Positions 19,766 through 31,010 of a DNA stretch of 64,000 nucleotides are shown piece by piece. Position 1 is the first letter of the stretch. The number at the start of each line of letters is the position of its first letter. The notes under the pieces are model-generated. The model did no database searches, was not told the origin of the DNA, and saw nothing but the letters and a program-made list of their open reading frames with translations. Location: NCBI GenBank assembly GCA_041937175.2, contig CP166615.1, positions 3,648,001-3,712,000 of the forward strand, read 5' to 3'. Both the position numbers and the translations under genes were made by a program. This DNA comes from Limnothrix sp. BL-A-16 (GTDB lineage: Bacteria > Cyanobacteriota > Cyanobacteriia > CACIAM-69d).

Positions 19766-21544
19766 CTAGGCAGCTCCCAACCAGCCGGCCAGGAGTTTTT
19801 CCTGAAGCGGGCTGATGTCTTTGAGGAGGGTCACTTCATAGCGACTGGGCTTGGGATCAGCCAGTTCTACGGTGGTGGATTGGAGTTGATCTTGATGGAA
19901 ATAGGTAATGGTGAGTCGATCGCCCGGTTGATAGTCTCGGAGGCGATCGGGCAATTGTCCCGCTGCTAGGCGAATGCCATCTAAAGCCAGAATTTCATCA
20001 CCAGGATCGATACCGGCGTGATGAGCAGGTGATTGCGCTTCGGTAAATTTCACCATTTCGCGGCCCTGCTCGGTGGCCAGACGCAAGCCCAAGTAGGGGA
20101 CTGCGCGATCGACAATTCCCCTTAGCTCTAAGCCAAAGGGTTGCAGATAGGTTTGGAGTGGCAATTCTTCGGTGGTGTGCAAATAGCGCTGGAAGAAATC
20201 GCTCAGGTTTTCTTCAGCCACTTCAGCAATCATGGACTCCAATTGTTGAGTGGTGAAGCCCACTTCTGGTTGGCCAAACACTTGCCACAAGCGCTGCAAA
20301 ACATCATCAAGCGATCGAGCATTGTCAAACTTGGCCCGAATTTTTAAATCCAACAGCAAAGAAACCATTTCTCCCTTCAGGTAATAGGAAATTTGGTTGT
20401 TGCCGCTGTGGGCTTCGGCCCGATAAAGCTTAATCCAAGCATCAAAGCTCGACTCGGCCAAAGGCTGAACCAACCGTCCCGGTGTATTCAGATAGCGCGT
20501 GATTTCCTTGCTCAATTGCGTTAGGAAATCTGCTCGGTTATAGATACCCGCACGACAGGGAATTTGCAAATCATAGTAGCTAGTAGTTCCTTCGCAAAAC
20601 CACAGGGACGGCGTGTAGTTTTCCGCATCATAATCAAAGGTTTCTAGCTCTTTGGGCCGGATTCGTTTCACGTTCCACAGGTGGAAAAATTCATGGGCCA
20701 CCAGTTGCATGAACTGATGGCGCTTTTCCGTTTGCTGGAATCCATAGCGGTTATAAATCAGGGAACAGGAGTTCTTATGCTCCAGTCCGCCATAGCCCTG
20801 ACCAGTGAGATGCAAAATAAATAGGTAGCGATCGTAGGGCAGGCCGCCAAACAGGTCAGCTTCAACTTTGATGATTTTTTCAAAGTCCTCAAGAATCGAT
20901 TGAGGTTCCAGGTTGCCATCGCCCCAAATTGCTAGTTCATGGGATTTGCCCAGCACTTTAAAGCGATGTAGTTGATGGGTTCCAATTTCAAAGGGACTAT
21001 CAACCAGTTGATCAAAATTAGCAGCTTGGAAGGTTTTTTGGGTTCCTTGATCGTTGACCAAGGGCAGAGCAGTGGCCACTTGCCAGTCCGATCGGGGCAG
21101 GGCAATGGTCACTTGCAGCGGAATTTCCAACCCGCCCACGGGATAGAGGAACGTGGCTGCTCCGTTGAAGTAGGCATGGGTGCGATCGAGATGGTTCGTG
21201 CGCACGGTCAATTCATTGGCAAACAGACGATAGCGAATGGTGACCGTTTCTAGCTGCCCGATCGCCACTTGCCAGTGATTTTTAGCCAGCTTTCGCCACA
21301 GCAGTTGCTGTTGGTTTGCTCCCCAAGCACTGAAGTCTTGCAGATGCCGTTCATACTCCCGAATCAGATAGGAACCGGGAGTCCAAACGGGAAATTTGAG
21401 GTCTAAGGTGGTGCTTTGCCACCCCTCCAGCATCAGCTCAATTTCAAAGAGATGGGTTTGTGGCTCGGGCATGGCCACTTGATAGGTTAACCGTGGCAAC
21501 TGGGCTGCTCGACGATCGGGCGAAGTGGCAATTGCTTGGGTCAT
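19766..21544 (-). CDS. M61 family glycyl aminopeptidase with C-terminal PDZ
   Basis: PVWTPGSYL, GGLEH, HEFFHLWNVKRIRP, EGTTSYY. Confidence 0.92.
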   Translation of the reverse strand: MTQAIATSPDRRAAQLPRLTYQVAMPEPQTHLFEIELMLEGWQSTTLDLKFPVWTPGSYLIREYERHLQDFSAWGANQQQLLWRKLAKNHWQVAIGQLETVTIRYRLFANELTVRTNHLDRTHAYFNGAATFLYPVGGLEIPLQVTIALPRSDWQVATALPLVNDQGTQKTFQAANFDQLVDSPFEIGTHQLHRFKVLGKSHELAIWGDGNLEPQSILEDFEKIIKVEADLFGGLPYDRYLFILHLTGQGYGGLEHKNSCSLIYNRYGFQQTEKRHQFMQLVAHEFFHLWNVKRIRPKELETFDYDAENYTPSLWFCEGTTSYYDLQIPCRAGIYNRADFLTQLSKEITRYLNTPGRLVQPLAESSFDAWIKLYRAEAHSGNNQISYYLKGEMVSLLLDLKIRAKFDNARSLDDVLQRLWQVFGQPEVGFTTQQLESMIAEVAEENLSDFFQRYLHTTEELPLQTYLQPFGLELRGIVDRAVPYLGLRLATEQGREMVKFTEAQSPAHHAGIDPGDEILALDGIRLAAGQLPDRLRDYQPGDRLTITYFHQDQLQSTTVELADPKPSRYEVTLLKDISPLQEKLLAGWLGAA

Positions 21545-21638
21545 GGGTTGGGGAAATGGAAAACGTCATCAAAAGAATGCAATCACGGCCGAGGAAAGGG
21601 TCAGGGGCCAACTGACCATTCTGCTCGATAGCCTCTCA

Positions 21639-22322
21639 CTAACCTTGGCTCGCCAGTTGTCGTAACTGTGGCAAAAAGGGCAAGTGCATAATTTTTTCGT
21701 GCGGATCGATCTTCACCCAACCTTTTTCTTGCAGCTTCGCCATGATTTTGGCAGTTTCTTCGAGGGTAATGTCACTGACTTCTGCCAAATCCCTGAGCGG
21801 GATATTGAGAATGTCGCGTCCCCGATCGGCCGGTTGTCCGTAGTCATCGGCCAAAGAAGCCAAGGTGTTTGCTAATTTGACGGCGCTCGGTTTTCGGCGC
21901 AACTGTAAGCGGGTGTTGGCATTCCGAACCCGGCGCACCATGAGTTGCAGCAGTCGGTGATGCAGTTGGGAATCTTTAAACAGGGTTTGGACAAATCGTT
22001 GAGCGGAGATGCTAAATAATTCCACTTCGCTCAGGGCCAGCACATCGGTCGATCGCGGTGATTCGTCCAAGATGGCCATTTCTCCAAAAAAGTCACCCTG
22101 ACCCAAAATAGCCAAGGTCATGTCTTTGTCCCCCGAGAGCCGACGGACTTTCACCCATCCGGAGGCAATGAAATAGACCGCATTTCCCCAAGAGTCTTCC
22201 ATTAAAACGGCGCGTCCTGCGGGGTAATCATGCTCGACTGCGGCCGCCAACAGCCAATCGAGCGTTTCTTGACTGGCCGCATTGAACAATGGAAAAAGCT
22301 CTGTAAAGGTTTCAGTTTGCAT
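21639..22322 (-). CDS. Crp/Fnr family transcriptional regulator
   Basis: cNMP-binding GDFFGEMAILD..PRS motif and C-terminal HTH; ATG 22322 or 22343. Confidence 0.9.
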   Translation of the reverse strand: MQTETFTELFPLFNAASQETLDWLLAAAVEHDYPAGRAVLMEDSWGNAVYFIASGWVKVRRLSGDKDMTLAILGQGDFFGEMAILDESPRSTDVLALSEVELFSISAQRFVQTLFKDSQLHHRLLQLMVRRVRNANTRLQLRRKPSAVKLANTLASLADDYGQPADRGRDILNIPLRDLAEVSDITLEETAKIMAKLQEKGWVKIDPHEKIMHLPFLPQLRQLASQG

Positions 22323-22883
22323 TGCCGGAGAGTTAGTTGGCATGGTTCTTTGAGCCTAGCAAGATTCTGTCCTAGATGGCAGATGAAACACCCAGAGTCT
22401 TGACGAATTGCGGTTGGGTTTCGGTGGTTCGGGATGGGGCGATCGCCCCATTCTCCTAGGCTGAGTTACGAGTCTGAATTATGACTCTAAGTGCCTGGCC
22501 CCATGACTCAACGCAAGGACACTCAATCACTGGCCACAACCGACCACCATCAACCATCCGTTGAATTTAAGGCCCAACGGTTCTCTTCTGGCCATTGGTT
22601 GAATGGTGGTGTTGAATCATCTTCTATGACGTTCTGAAGCAGCATTCGGGCCAGCCTGAATTAACCCTAGTTGCTGAGGGTTAATTCCCGTTAATCATCT
22701 CTTCCTTAGGATCTTCGTCGTTGAACGAGGAAAATCCTCCCAAAACCGAACAAAATTCCGGTCTTTTGGGCGAAGCACCGATTAACAATCTTCAGGACAT
22801 CTTGGGGCTGACGAGGCTTGCGCGATCGCCCCCATCGTGATGCACTAAAGGGTGTCGTTGCGTTCTGTAAAGAAATCTGTTCT

Positions 22884-23639
22884 GTGAAGATTTCTGTATT
22901 TCATACCCCGGAGTTAACCCCCCAATTTTCGGGGAGCGAGTCGCCGACGACCCCAGCGCCGGACTGTGCGATCGCCATTGATGTGTTGCGGGCCACGACC
23001 ACGATCGCCACAGCGCTAGCCGCCGGAGCGGAATCGGTGCAGGCCTTTTGCACCCTTGAAGAATTGATGACCACCAGCGAGGCTTGGCCGGCTGATCGCC
23101 GCATTCGGATTGGCGAGCGGGGCGGCAAAACCGTGGAAGGCTGTGATTTGGGCAACTCTCCCCTAGACTGTACCCCCGATCGGGTGGCGGGCAAACGTCT
23201 GTTCATGAGCACCACCAACGGCACGCGGGCCCTGCAAACCATCCAAAACGCCCCGGTTGTTTTGGCGGCGGCCCTGGTGAATCGACGGGCGATCGTGGAT
23301 TTTGTGTTGGCCCAACAACCCGCCACCCTCTGGATGACCGCTTCCGGCTGGGAAGGCAGCTTTTCCCTGGAAGATACGGTCTGTGCGGGGGCGATTATTT
23401 CTGCCCTGTTGGAAAAACTGGGTCAGGACGCAGATTGGTTCGGCAACGATGAGGCCGTGGCGGCGTTGGCGCTCTATGACCAATGGCGCGATCGACTGCT
23501 GCAACTGTTTCACCAGGCAAGCCATGGCCAACGCTTGCTGCGGCTAGGTTTGCTGGAGGATTTGGAATATTGCGCCAGTCAGGATCGGCTGGACGTGGTG
23601 CCCATTCAAACGGCTCCGGCAGTATTAACCCGTGCGTAG
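22884..23639 (+). CDS. comB: 2-phosphosulfolactate phosphatase family protein
   Basis: [36 protein letters not shown] start at 22884. Confidence 0.9.
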   Translation: MKISVFHTPELTPQFSGSESPTTPAPDCAIAIDVLRATTTIATALAAGAESVQAFCTLEELMTTSEAWPADRRIRIGERGGKTVEGCDLGNSPLDCTPDRVAGKRLFMSTTNGTRALQTIQNAPVVLAAALVNRRAIVDFVLAQQPATLWMTASGWEGSFSLEDTVCAGAIISALLEKLGQDADWFGNDEAVAALALYDQWRDRLLQLFHQASHGQRLLRLGLLEDLEYCASQDRLDVVPIQTAPAVLTRA

Positions 23640-23708
23640 GTCGCGTCCAGGTCGCGCTTAGTGCGGCTTGAGTTCGTGCCGAGTTGACCAAAACCAGCGC
23701 CCAGTTAG

Positions 23709-24281
23709 CTATCGGCCCCGGCTGATGGCTGGCTGCACCATGGACAGGGCCAATTCACTAAAGATCTCATCCACATTGCTGCCACTTTTGGCGGAAGTCC
23801 AATAGAGGGAGTAGGTCACGCCGGCCAGGAGGGTTTCCACCTGAAGCTGGAGATGATGTTTATGGGACTCGTCCATCAAATCGACTTTGTTGATGGCCAA
23901 AATCACGACACTGGTGGGCGAGACCGATCGCACCAAATTGGCATGGTCACGCAGATGACTCACCGTGTCGGGGCGGGTGGCATCGGCCACCACGATCGCC
24001 CCAGAGGATCCTTGAAGATAGCTGGGGGCAATTCGCTGAAACTTGGTTTGGCCCTCCACATCCCAAATCAGCAACTGCAATTCCATCGGCTCCGGCCGCT
24101 CAGCAGCCCGATCGAGGGACATCTCTGGCAGCGGCACGGGCACAATCTTCCGCGAAATCTTCACCCCAATGGTGGACAAGTAGCGATCGCTAAATTGCCG
24201 ATCCACAAATCGACGAATCAGGCTGGTTTTGCCAACTGCATAATCACCGACCAAACAAATTTTTTTTGAAAGGGTTTGCAT
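23709..24281 (-). CDS. Rab/Ras-like small GTPase (prokaryotic Rup type)
   Basis: G1 GDYAVGKTS, G2 STIGV, G3 WDVEGQ, G4 NKVD, G5 TSAK; no prenylation cysteine motif. Confidence 0.9.
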   Translation of the reverse strand: MQTLSKKICLVGDYAVGKTSLIRRFVDRQFSDRYLSTIGVKISRKIVPVPLPEMSLDRAAERPEPMELQLLIWDVEGQTKFQRIAPSYLQGSSGAIVVADATRPDTVSHLRDHANLVRSVSPTSVVILAINKVDLMDESHKHHLQLQVETLLAGVTYSLYWTSAKSGSNVDEIFSELALSMVQPAISRGR

Positions 24282-24704
24282 GGCTTTAGGGGGTTGGCAA
24301 ACGCACCGGCGACTGGGCCGATTGTAGAAGACAGGATGGAAACTGGCCTAAATTCAACGGCAAAACTCCCGATTTTCGGGCCCCCTGGCGATCGCTGATC
24401 AGCAATTCAGCGGTCAGGGTTTGCCGCTTGTGAACAGTTGATTAGCCCTCGCCCACCAAGCCTCTGCAACCCATCCATGGACTTGGGGGATTGTGGGGAA
24501 ATGATGGGGATTGTTCAAAGCAAGGCGATCGCCCTGCAGCGGCATTCCAGCCGGTTAATGATCCAAAGTTGACGATCCCAATCGGACGCATCAGGGGACT
24601 TGGGCCAGCCGGGTCAACCGGAGCAATCACCCATTAACCGTTGAGTAGGGGAAAAACATCGTAAACGGATTGGCTTCACGATGGATGGGGAATGGATCAG
24701 AAAT

Positions 24705-27158
24705 TTAAGGCGCTGGGATTGCTTCAAAGCGCACGCAACGACTCATCCATTCCCCATCGCCTTGGGTCACGTCTGGCGGAGGCCCAACCTGGGCGCTAGG
24801 CACTAACCGCTGGGCCGAAATGCCTCGGCTAATGAGGGCCGATCGCACCAATTGTGCTCGCTGCAAGGCCAGGGCCGACGCATTGGGTTCGGTGGGGGCG
24901 CTGTGACCCACCACGCGCAGGTTGAGATCCGGATAGCTTTGCAGGAATTGGCGAATGGGGTCGATTTTGCCAGCGATATCGATATCGACAAACCGATCGG
25001 CTCCTAACTCAAAGTACAACCGAACGGTCAGACTCGGAATCACAATTTGCAACGAATTGACGACACGGTTGGTGCCGGGCACTCGCTCAAAGGCCGCCGC
25101 GATCGCGCTGGCTTCGGCCCGGCTGCGGGCCGAGCCGGTGACGGTGACCGTTCCGCCGGATTGCGCATCAATGCTGTAGCTGGCGTTGACCACATTGCCA
25201 TCCCGGTTCAAGGTTTTGGCAATCCGCTGCACCTCAGCAGCAGCCAGAATGGGATCCGTGGGCAACTGCACAGCAATGATTTGATTTTTGGGGGGTGTGG
25301 CTTGCTGAAATCGTTTTGGATCGATCGCCCGATAGGTGTCGGTGGCCGTGCGTTCGGCCTGGAATCGCAGCCAAGGATAGGGAACTTTGCCCCGCAATCG
25401 CAGTTGATCGCCTTGTAAGTCAACGGAGAGGTTATACACCGCCAATTGGGGAGAGGTATTCAAGGCCCCTTGCACAGCCGCCAACAGGCTCCGGTTGCGC
25501 TGGTTTTGATAGTTCCACCAAATCCAAGGGGCCGCGATCGCCGCACTCAGCACCAAAATTAGCCCCGTCAAAGCCCAAGGAAACCCACCCCGCCGATTCA
25601 GGTACGAACGCTGTTGGATGGGGCGCACCAAGCCGGTCACGGCCGTGTGAACGGGGGCCGGCAGGGTGCGGGAGTCGCCATCAAAGGATTGCAGGGGGCG
25701 ATCGTACCGTTCCACCAACCGCTCCAGGGTCGATCGCAACTGGCGGTAAAACCCCTTGGAGGGTTGCCCTTTTACAATCACCGCTAAATAGCAGTAGCCG
25801 GCCACCTCCATGGCAATTTGCGAATCGTTGTACTGAATTTCGTGCAGTTCGGACACGTTGTCGCCTTGCACCATGCAATCATTCACGAAACTGCGAATGG
25901 CCGTGAGCATTCCCGCCAGCATGTCCCCTTCGAGGGGATCTTGGTCAGCGGATTGACATTCGCTCATCACCAGGCCCGAGGCCTTGTGAATCAAAAAAGC
26001 CGCCTGAACCCGATAGGGCATGGCTTCCCGCAAAATCAGCTCCGCTTCGGATACCCCTTGCACTTTGGCTCGCATCTTGCGGCTTACCCCTTCCATGCTC
26101 AGGGTGTTATGCACCTTTTCGTTGATGGATTCGATCGCGTCTTTCATGTACTTGGCGATCGTATTGCCAATGACGGGATAGAGCGCATCCACCATGGCAT
26201 CCCGTTCTAGGGCAATTTGCTCTTTAATCGAAGCGCCCATCATCGGCCCGAGAGCTTGAATCATCGAGTCCGAATCAAGCTGGTATTGCTCCCGCATGGC
26301 GGAGGCGGTTTCGGGAGCAATTGCATGGGCGATCGCCAGGGCCAAATCAGCGGGCGCATCCTGCATTCGCTGCACGATCGCCGCATCCAGCACCGGGGCG
26401 ATCGCCTCGGCCATGGCTTGTCGATCCTGAAGCGATCGCTCGTAAATCAGGCGATCGATCGTGGGCAACAGGGCTTGGCAAATTTCTTCGCGGGCATCCA
26501 GCACCCGCCGTTCAATCAACCGGGCAATCAGGGGCGACAGGTGCGCCACCAGTTGATCGGCATTTTGCAGCAGGGACTCAATCGCATCCACCTGCTGCTG
26601 AACCCGTTGCATTTTGCCGCGCAGGGCTTCCACCCGATCTTCCACGCGGACAAAGTTGTCACCAATCAACAGGGACTGCAACTGCTCCCAGGCATCTTCC
26701 CCCGAGCTGCCGCTACCTTCGGAGGGTGCGCCGTTGCCGTTGGCCCCGTTAGCCGCTTTTGGGGTGGCGGTGTCTGGCCCCGATCGCTCGGCTAGGGGCG
26801 ATCGACCCGTCGCGGGCAAAGGCGGGGTCAACAAATCCGGATCGGCCCCAAACGGATTGATCGGTGGCTGATTACGGTCTGCCAAGTTGTCTGCCAAATT
26901 TTCTGCCAAATCGGCTGCTAAGTCGGCGGCCAAGTCGGCTTCTACCAAGATCGAGCGAGATCCTGTTAAGTCGGATCCCGCTCGATCTTGAGGTGTTTCA
27001 TCAGGAGCCGCGAGACGACTCGCCACCGAACCTTGGGGTTGCGGGGCGATCGAACTGGGCGGCCGCTCCGTGGGCGACTGAGACGATCGGCCCAACTGAC
27101 TCAGCAGATCTAGCCAATCCTCCACCGGCTCCGACTCGGAATGATTGCGATCGGGCAT
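24705..27158 (-). CDS. Multidomain membrane protein: disordered N-terminus, helical region, longin/roadblock-like domain, TM, BON-like domains, OmpA-like C-terminus
   Basis: AFLIHKASGL...LAGMLTAIRSF (longin-like), TM WALTGLILVLSAAIAAPW, LRVVGH...LALQRAQLVRSALISRGI...RCVRF (OmpA-like). Confidence 0.75.
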   Translation of the reverse strand: MPDRNHSESEPVEDWLDLLSQLGRSSQSPTERPPSSIAPQPQGSVASRLAAPDETPQDRAGSDLTGSRSILVEADLAADLAADLAENLADNLADRNQPPINPFGADPDLLTPPLPATGRSPLAERSGPDTATPKAANGANGNGAPSEGSGSSGEDAWEQLQSLLIGDNFVRVEDRVEALRGKMQRVQQQVDAIESLLQNADQLVAHLSPLIARLIERRVLDAREEICQALLPTIDRLIYERSLQDRQAMAEAIAPVLDAAIVQRMQDAPADLALAIAHAIAPETASAMREQYQLDSDSMIQALGPMMGASIKEQIALERDAMVDALYPVIGNTIAKYMKDAIESINEKVHNTLSMEGVSRKMRAKVQGVSEAELILREAMPYRVQAAFLIHKASGLVMSECQSADQDPLEGDMLAGMLTAIRSFVNDCMVQGDNVSELHEIQYNDSQIAMEVAGYCYLAVIVKGQPSKGFYRQLRSTLERLVERYDRPLQSFDGDSRTLPAPVHTAVTGLVRPIQQRSYLNRRGGFPWALTGLILVLSAAIAAPWIWWNYQNQRNRSLLAAVQGALNTSPQLAVYNLSVDLQGDQLRLRGKVPYPWLRFQAERTATDTYRAIDPKRFQQATPPKNQIIAVQLPTDPILAAAEVQRIAKTLNRDGNVVNASYSIDAQSGGTVTVTGSARSRAEASAIAAAFERVPGTNRVVNSLQIVIPSLTVRLYFELGADRFVDIDIAGKIDPIRQFLQSYPDLNLRVVGHSAPTEPNASALALQRAQLVRSALISRGISAQRLVPSAQVGPPPDVTQGDGEWMSRCVRFEAIPAP

Positions 27159-27331
27159 AGGGCCAGCACTCCAACCAACTCAATCCAACAGTGACAACGG
27201 GTTCCATCCAGTCTAGGAAATCTTCCTAAGAAAAACCCACCGTTGGCCCAATGCCCGATCGGCCAGGATTGGCGAACCGGCCCGCATGATGGTTGCGCCT
27301 CAGTCCGGTTAACCATTGATTAACCCTCTGA

Positions 27332-27925
27332 TTAACCCTCCGGCGACACCAGTTCCACCGACAGGGCACTTGGCGGATCGATCGCCGCTTGCAACGCCGG
27401 AACCACATCCTGACCCTTCAGGCGCATTCCCAGCTCAAACATCAACTCCGCCAACGTTTCGCGCTCCACCTTGTTATCGCGCAAGGACGAGAACCGCGCA
27501 TCCAGCTCCTCAAAAATTTGAGCACGCAGGGTGCGGATGTCCTCTTGCAGCTTGTCGCGGCTTTCGTTCAAGCGACCATCGATCGCCGTGGTTTTTTCCT
27601 CAAAGGCCCGATCCAGCTCCTCAAAGATGGCCTGAACCCGCCGCCCCAAGCGATCGTTCTGTTGTTGCAAGTCCGTTGTTTCCTCTTGCATCTTGGTGGT
27701 GAACCCCTTCAAACGCTTATCCAGCGCCTCCAGGGAAGCTTGCAATTGGGTTGAGAGGGAAACCTTCACCTCCTCAATCCGATCCTGCAAATCCTGATGC
27801 ACCAGATTGAGTTCCGACTCCATTTGCGCAAAGCGATTTTCATAGTCGCGAAGCTGGGAGCCGACCAAGATGTCGCGGATTTGATCAATGTTGCCTAACC
27901 GTTCCCGAATGTCTTGGCGATCCAT
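27332..27925 (-). CDS. Coiled-coil (apolipoprotein-like) protein
   Basis: Heptad-rich, IDQIRDIL.G motif, first gene of the GTPase module. Confidence 0.75.
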   Translation of the reverse strand: MDRQDIRERLGNIDQIRDILVGSQLRDYENRFAQMESELNLVHQDLQDRIEEVKVSLSTQLQASLEALDKRLKGFTTKMQEETTDLQQQNDRLGRRVQAIFEELDRAFEEKTTAIDGRLNESRDKLQEDIRTLRAQIFEELDARFSSLRDNKVERETLAELMFELGMRLKGQDVVPALQAAIDPPSALSVELVSPEG

Positions 27926-28215
27926 GGCTTGCCTCGCTGTTGCTGATACCTAAAAACAAACGACAGAGCTTGTCAGAAAAAGAGGGTGGGTGTGGTTCGG
28001 CAGGAGCGCGCTGCAAAAGCCGATCTGTGATGGCACAGGGTGCGATGGCACAGAAATAGCCCCGAACGGCCTGATTGTATCTCGATCGCCCCCTAGGGCC
28101 GGCCCCAGATTCGTTAACCATGGGTGCAAAACCACAGGTTTAAAACCACTTTATGGGCTGCTGCATAGGCTCAGGCAGCGCCAGAGCGAATTAAAGGGAG
28201 ATCGACTAAACCGGC

Positions 28216-28425
28216 TTAAACACTCAGCTTCAGGGCCGCCACGGGCACATCGTCCCAGGAATCCACGGTGCGCATGGTTACCACCCAACCCTCCTGGCGC
28301 TGTTCATCGGTCAGATTTTCTTGAAAAGACTCATAGCAGGCCTGGGCCTGTTCTTCGCTGGTAGAAGCAATGCAAGCGTGGGAAATGCCTGCGGGGTCAA
28401 TTTGTTCGTTTACCCAAATGGTCAT
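28216..28425 (-). CDS. Small conserved cyanobacterial protein (MTIWVNEQIDP...)
   Basis: 69-aa ORF with plausible composition, resembles a known small cyanobacterial family. Confidence 0.7.
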   Translation of the reverse strand: MTIWVNEQIDPAGISHACIASTSEEQAQACYESFQENLTDEQRQEGWVVTMRTVDSWDDVPVAALKLSV

Positions 28426-29140
28426 GACGACTGATTCTCAATGGCTGCAAGGAGTAGCAATGGATAGATTGCAATATCCGCCTCCAGTCTACTCATTCCC
28501 ACCCAGCGCCCTGGGGAATGTGTCAGGTCGGCAATGCAAGGGTTGGGGCGATCGGGGCGCTTCCCCAGAAAATCAACCGTCCGGAAATTTTGACAAAAAT
28601 TTGAGTTGGGGACTAGAAAAATAACGAACGTTCGATTTAAAATAAATTCGAGTTCAGAACCCCAACCCTCAACTCATCAACCGGCAGCCTGCGACCCCAT
28701 GCGGAGGGTTCGAGTCCTGAAGATGCAAATTGAATGCAAATTGAATGCAAATCTTTTGGTCTGGAATCTTTCGGCTGAGGATTCGTCCCAAGTTGCCACC
28801 ATTTCGGTTACAAGATTCAGTCATCCAAGCCTGAAAACAATGACCAACCATCCTTAACCGTCTCTTGATCGTAATTCCTAACAATCATGATCAAGAATTA
28901 TCGAGAGAGTTAGTCAATAAGTCGTTTGTAATTCCGTTGGTGATCCCATTGATGTAACCCTTGGTTCAGCATCAATTTGGCACCGATTCGGCATGAACAC
29001 GGCATTCATCGAGCATTGATCGACCCCCTGATCATGCATTACAAAATGTCGATTTCAATGCCAGTTCCAGTGCCAATTTTGCGCAGGTGAGGTAGTGTGG
29101 CTGCACAAAAACCGATTAAAAACACTTGCGTATTGAGCCA

Positions 29141-29758
29141 ATGCCCAAAATTGTTGATCACGAAAGCTATCGCCAAGAACTCCTGAGTCGTTGCTTTGCT
29201 TTGTTTGCCGAACGGGGCTACCACGCACTCACGATTCGGGAAATTGCAAAGGGACTCGGTGTTTCCACCGGAACCCTTTACCACTACTTCGAGAGCAAAG
29301 AAGACCTCTTCATCCAACTCATGGACTACCTGAGCTTGGAGGATACGGGAGAGCAAGCGCTCAGCCAGTTGAGCCATCCGCTGACCCTCGCTGAACGAAT
29401 TGTGGTGGTGATGGATTGCGTGATGGACAACGAGGAATATTTTCGCCAGCAGGATCTATTAATTGCGGAGTTTTGCCGCCACCAAGGGGAAGTGGTGCGC
29501 AAAAATCCCTTGATTCAGGGGGCCCACGATCGCTATGTTCAGGCGCTGGCAGACTTTTTGGGAATTCACGATCGTCCGGTTTTGGAGTGTTTTTTGGCTT
29601 GGGTGAGTGGCTTGCTGTACCGCCGAATGCTTTTGGGTGAGCAGTTGGATTTGGCGGAACAGGCAGTTTTGATGTCCAAAATGCTAGCGGGCTACTGGGA
29701 GCAAACCAATCGTGATTGCAAAGTTCAGGAATTTCAACACGCTGGCTCTGGCGGCTAG
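29141..29758 (+). CDS. TetR/AcrR family regulator
   Basis: MPKIVDH, F..RGY...TIREIA..LGVS.GTLYHYF.SKEDL HTH. Confidence 0.92.
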   Translation: MPKIVDHESYRQELLSRCFALFAERGYHALTIREIAKGLGVSTGTLYHYFESKEDLFIQLMDYLSLEDTGEQALSQLSHPLTLAERIVVVMDCVMDNEEYFRQQDLLIAEFCRHQGEVVRKNPLIQGAHDRYVQALADFLGIHDRPVLECFLAWVSGLLYRRMLLGEQLDLAEQAVLMSKMLAGYWEQTNRDCKVQEFQHAGSGG

Positions 29759-31010
29759 CGCGGCGGCGGCTAGCATTGCCCTCGGGGCGATCGGGCTGTC
29801 GCAGTGGAACCGGGCGACGGCGGAACAACAGGCCCAAAGCGCAACCCCGGGGCCAGTGGTGCGATCGGGCGTGACGGCCCTGGGGCGGCTGGAGCCGGAG
29901 TCGGAGGTGGTGCGGTTGGCGGCTCCCTTGGCGCTGGATGGCGATCGGGTCAGTGAGTTGCGTGTGCGGGAGGGCGATCAGGTGCGGGAGGGGCAAGTGG
30001 TGGCCTTGTTGGCTTCGGAAACCGTGCTGGCCGCCGAATATAACGAAGCGAATCGCCAACTACAGGTGGCTGAAGCGCGCCTGGCCCAAGTGCGAGCCGG
30101 AGCCAAAACCGGCGACATCAACAGCCAGCGGGCCGCCGTGAACCGAGTGCAAGCCGAATGGCAAGGGAACACCGATGCTCAACGGGCCCAGCTCAGTCGG
30201 TTGCGGGCCCAGTGGCAAGGGCAGTTGGCCCAACAGTCGGCCGCTGTTCGCCGCTTGGAAGCGGAGTTAGCCAATGCCCAATCGGAATATCGGCGCTATG
30301 AGGCGCTTTATCAGGAAGGGGCGGAATCTGCCTCCCGGTACGATTCCAAGCGGCTGTCGGTGGAAACCTTGTTTCGGCAGCTTCAGGAAGCCCGGGCGGA
30401 ACTGAACCGGCTCGATCGCACCGGTCGCCAGGAAGTGCAAGAGGCCACGGCGGTGCTGAGTCGGGTTGAGCGGGCGGGCCAACAACAATGGCAAGAGGCC
30501 AAGTCCACCCTCAGCAGTGTGTCGGAAGTGCGGACGGTGGATGTACGCACGGCGTTGGCGGAAGTGGCGGCCGCCCGGGCCGCACGCGATCGGGCGGCGG
30601 CGGCCTTGGAACGGGCTTATCTGCGGGCCCCCAGCGATGGGCAAATTTTGAAGATCCATGCCCGGGCGGGCGAAAAGATTGGTGAGAGCGGCCTGCTTGA
30701 TCTGGCTCAGACCGATCGAATGGTGGCCGTGGCAGAGGTTTACCAAACCGATGTGGGGCTGGTGCGCGTTGGTCAACCGGCAACCGTTGTGGGTCAAGCT
30801 GTTCAGGGTAGCTTGCGCGGCACGGTGACCCAAGTGGGGCTGCAAGTGTTGCAACAAAACGTGTTTAGCAATCAGCCGGGCGAAAACCTTGATCGGCGGG
30901 TGGTGGAAGTGCGCATTTTGCTCGATCCCGCCAGCACGGCCCGCGTGCGATCGCTCACCAATTTGCAAGTGGAAGTGAGCATCGAAACCGGCACGGGCAA
31001 CGCTCGCTAA
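29712..31010 (+). CDS. devB: DevB-family membrane fusion protein
   Basis: VTALGRLEP, coiled coil, RAP.DGQIL, AEVYQTD, D.RVVEV.I. Confidence 0.88.
   Translation: MIAKFRNFNTLALAASAAAASIALGAIGLSQWNRATAEQQAQSATPGPVVRSGVTALGRLEPESEVVRLAAPLALDGDRVSELRVREGDQVREGQVVALLASETVLAAEYNEANRQLQVAEARLAQVRAGAKTGDINSQRAAVNRVQAEWQGNTDAQRAQLSRLRAQWQGQLAQQSAAVRRLEAELANAQSEYRRYEALYQEGAESASRYDSKRLSVETLFRQLQEARAELNRLDRTGRQEVQEATAVLSRVERAGQQQWQEAKSTLSSVSEVRTVDVRTALAEVAAARAARDRAAAALERAYLRAPSDGQILKIHARAGEKIGESGLLDLAQTDRMVAVAEVYQTDVGLVRVGQPATVVGQAVQGSLRGTVTQVGLQVLQQNVFSNQPGENLDRRVVEVRILLDPASTARVRSLTNLQVEVSIETGTGNAR

Noticed and set aside
26876..26945. 12-bp repeats encoding ADLA in the OmpA-like gene, and similar low-complexity tails in tig and the HD protein
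   Set aside because: Ordinary slippage in disordered linkers.
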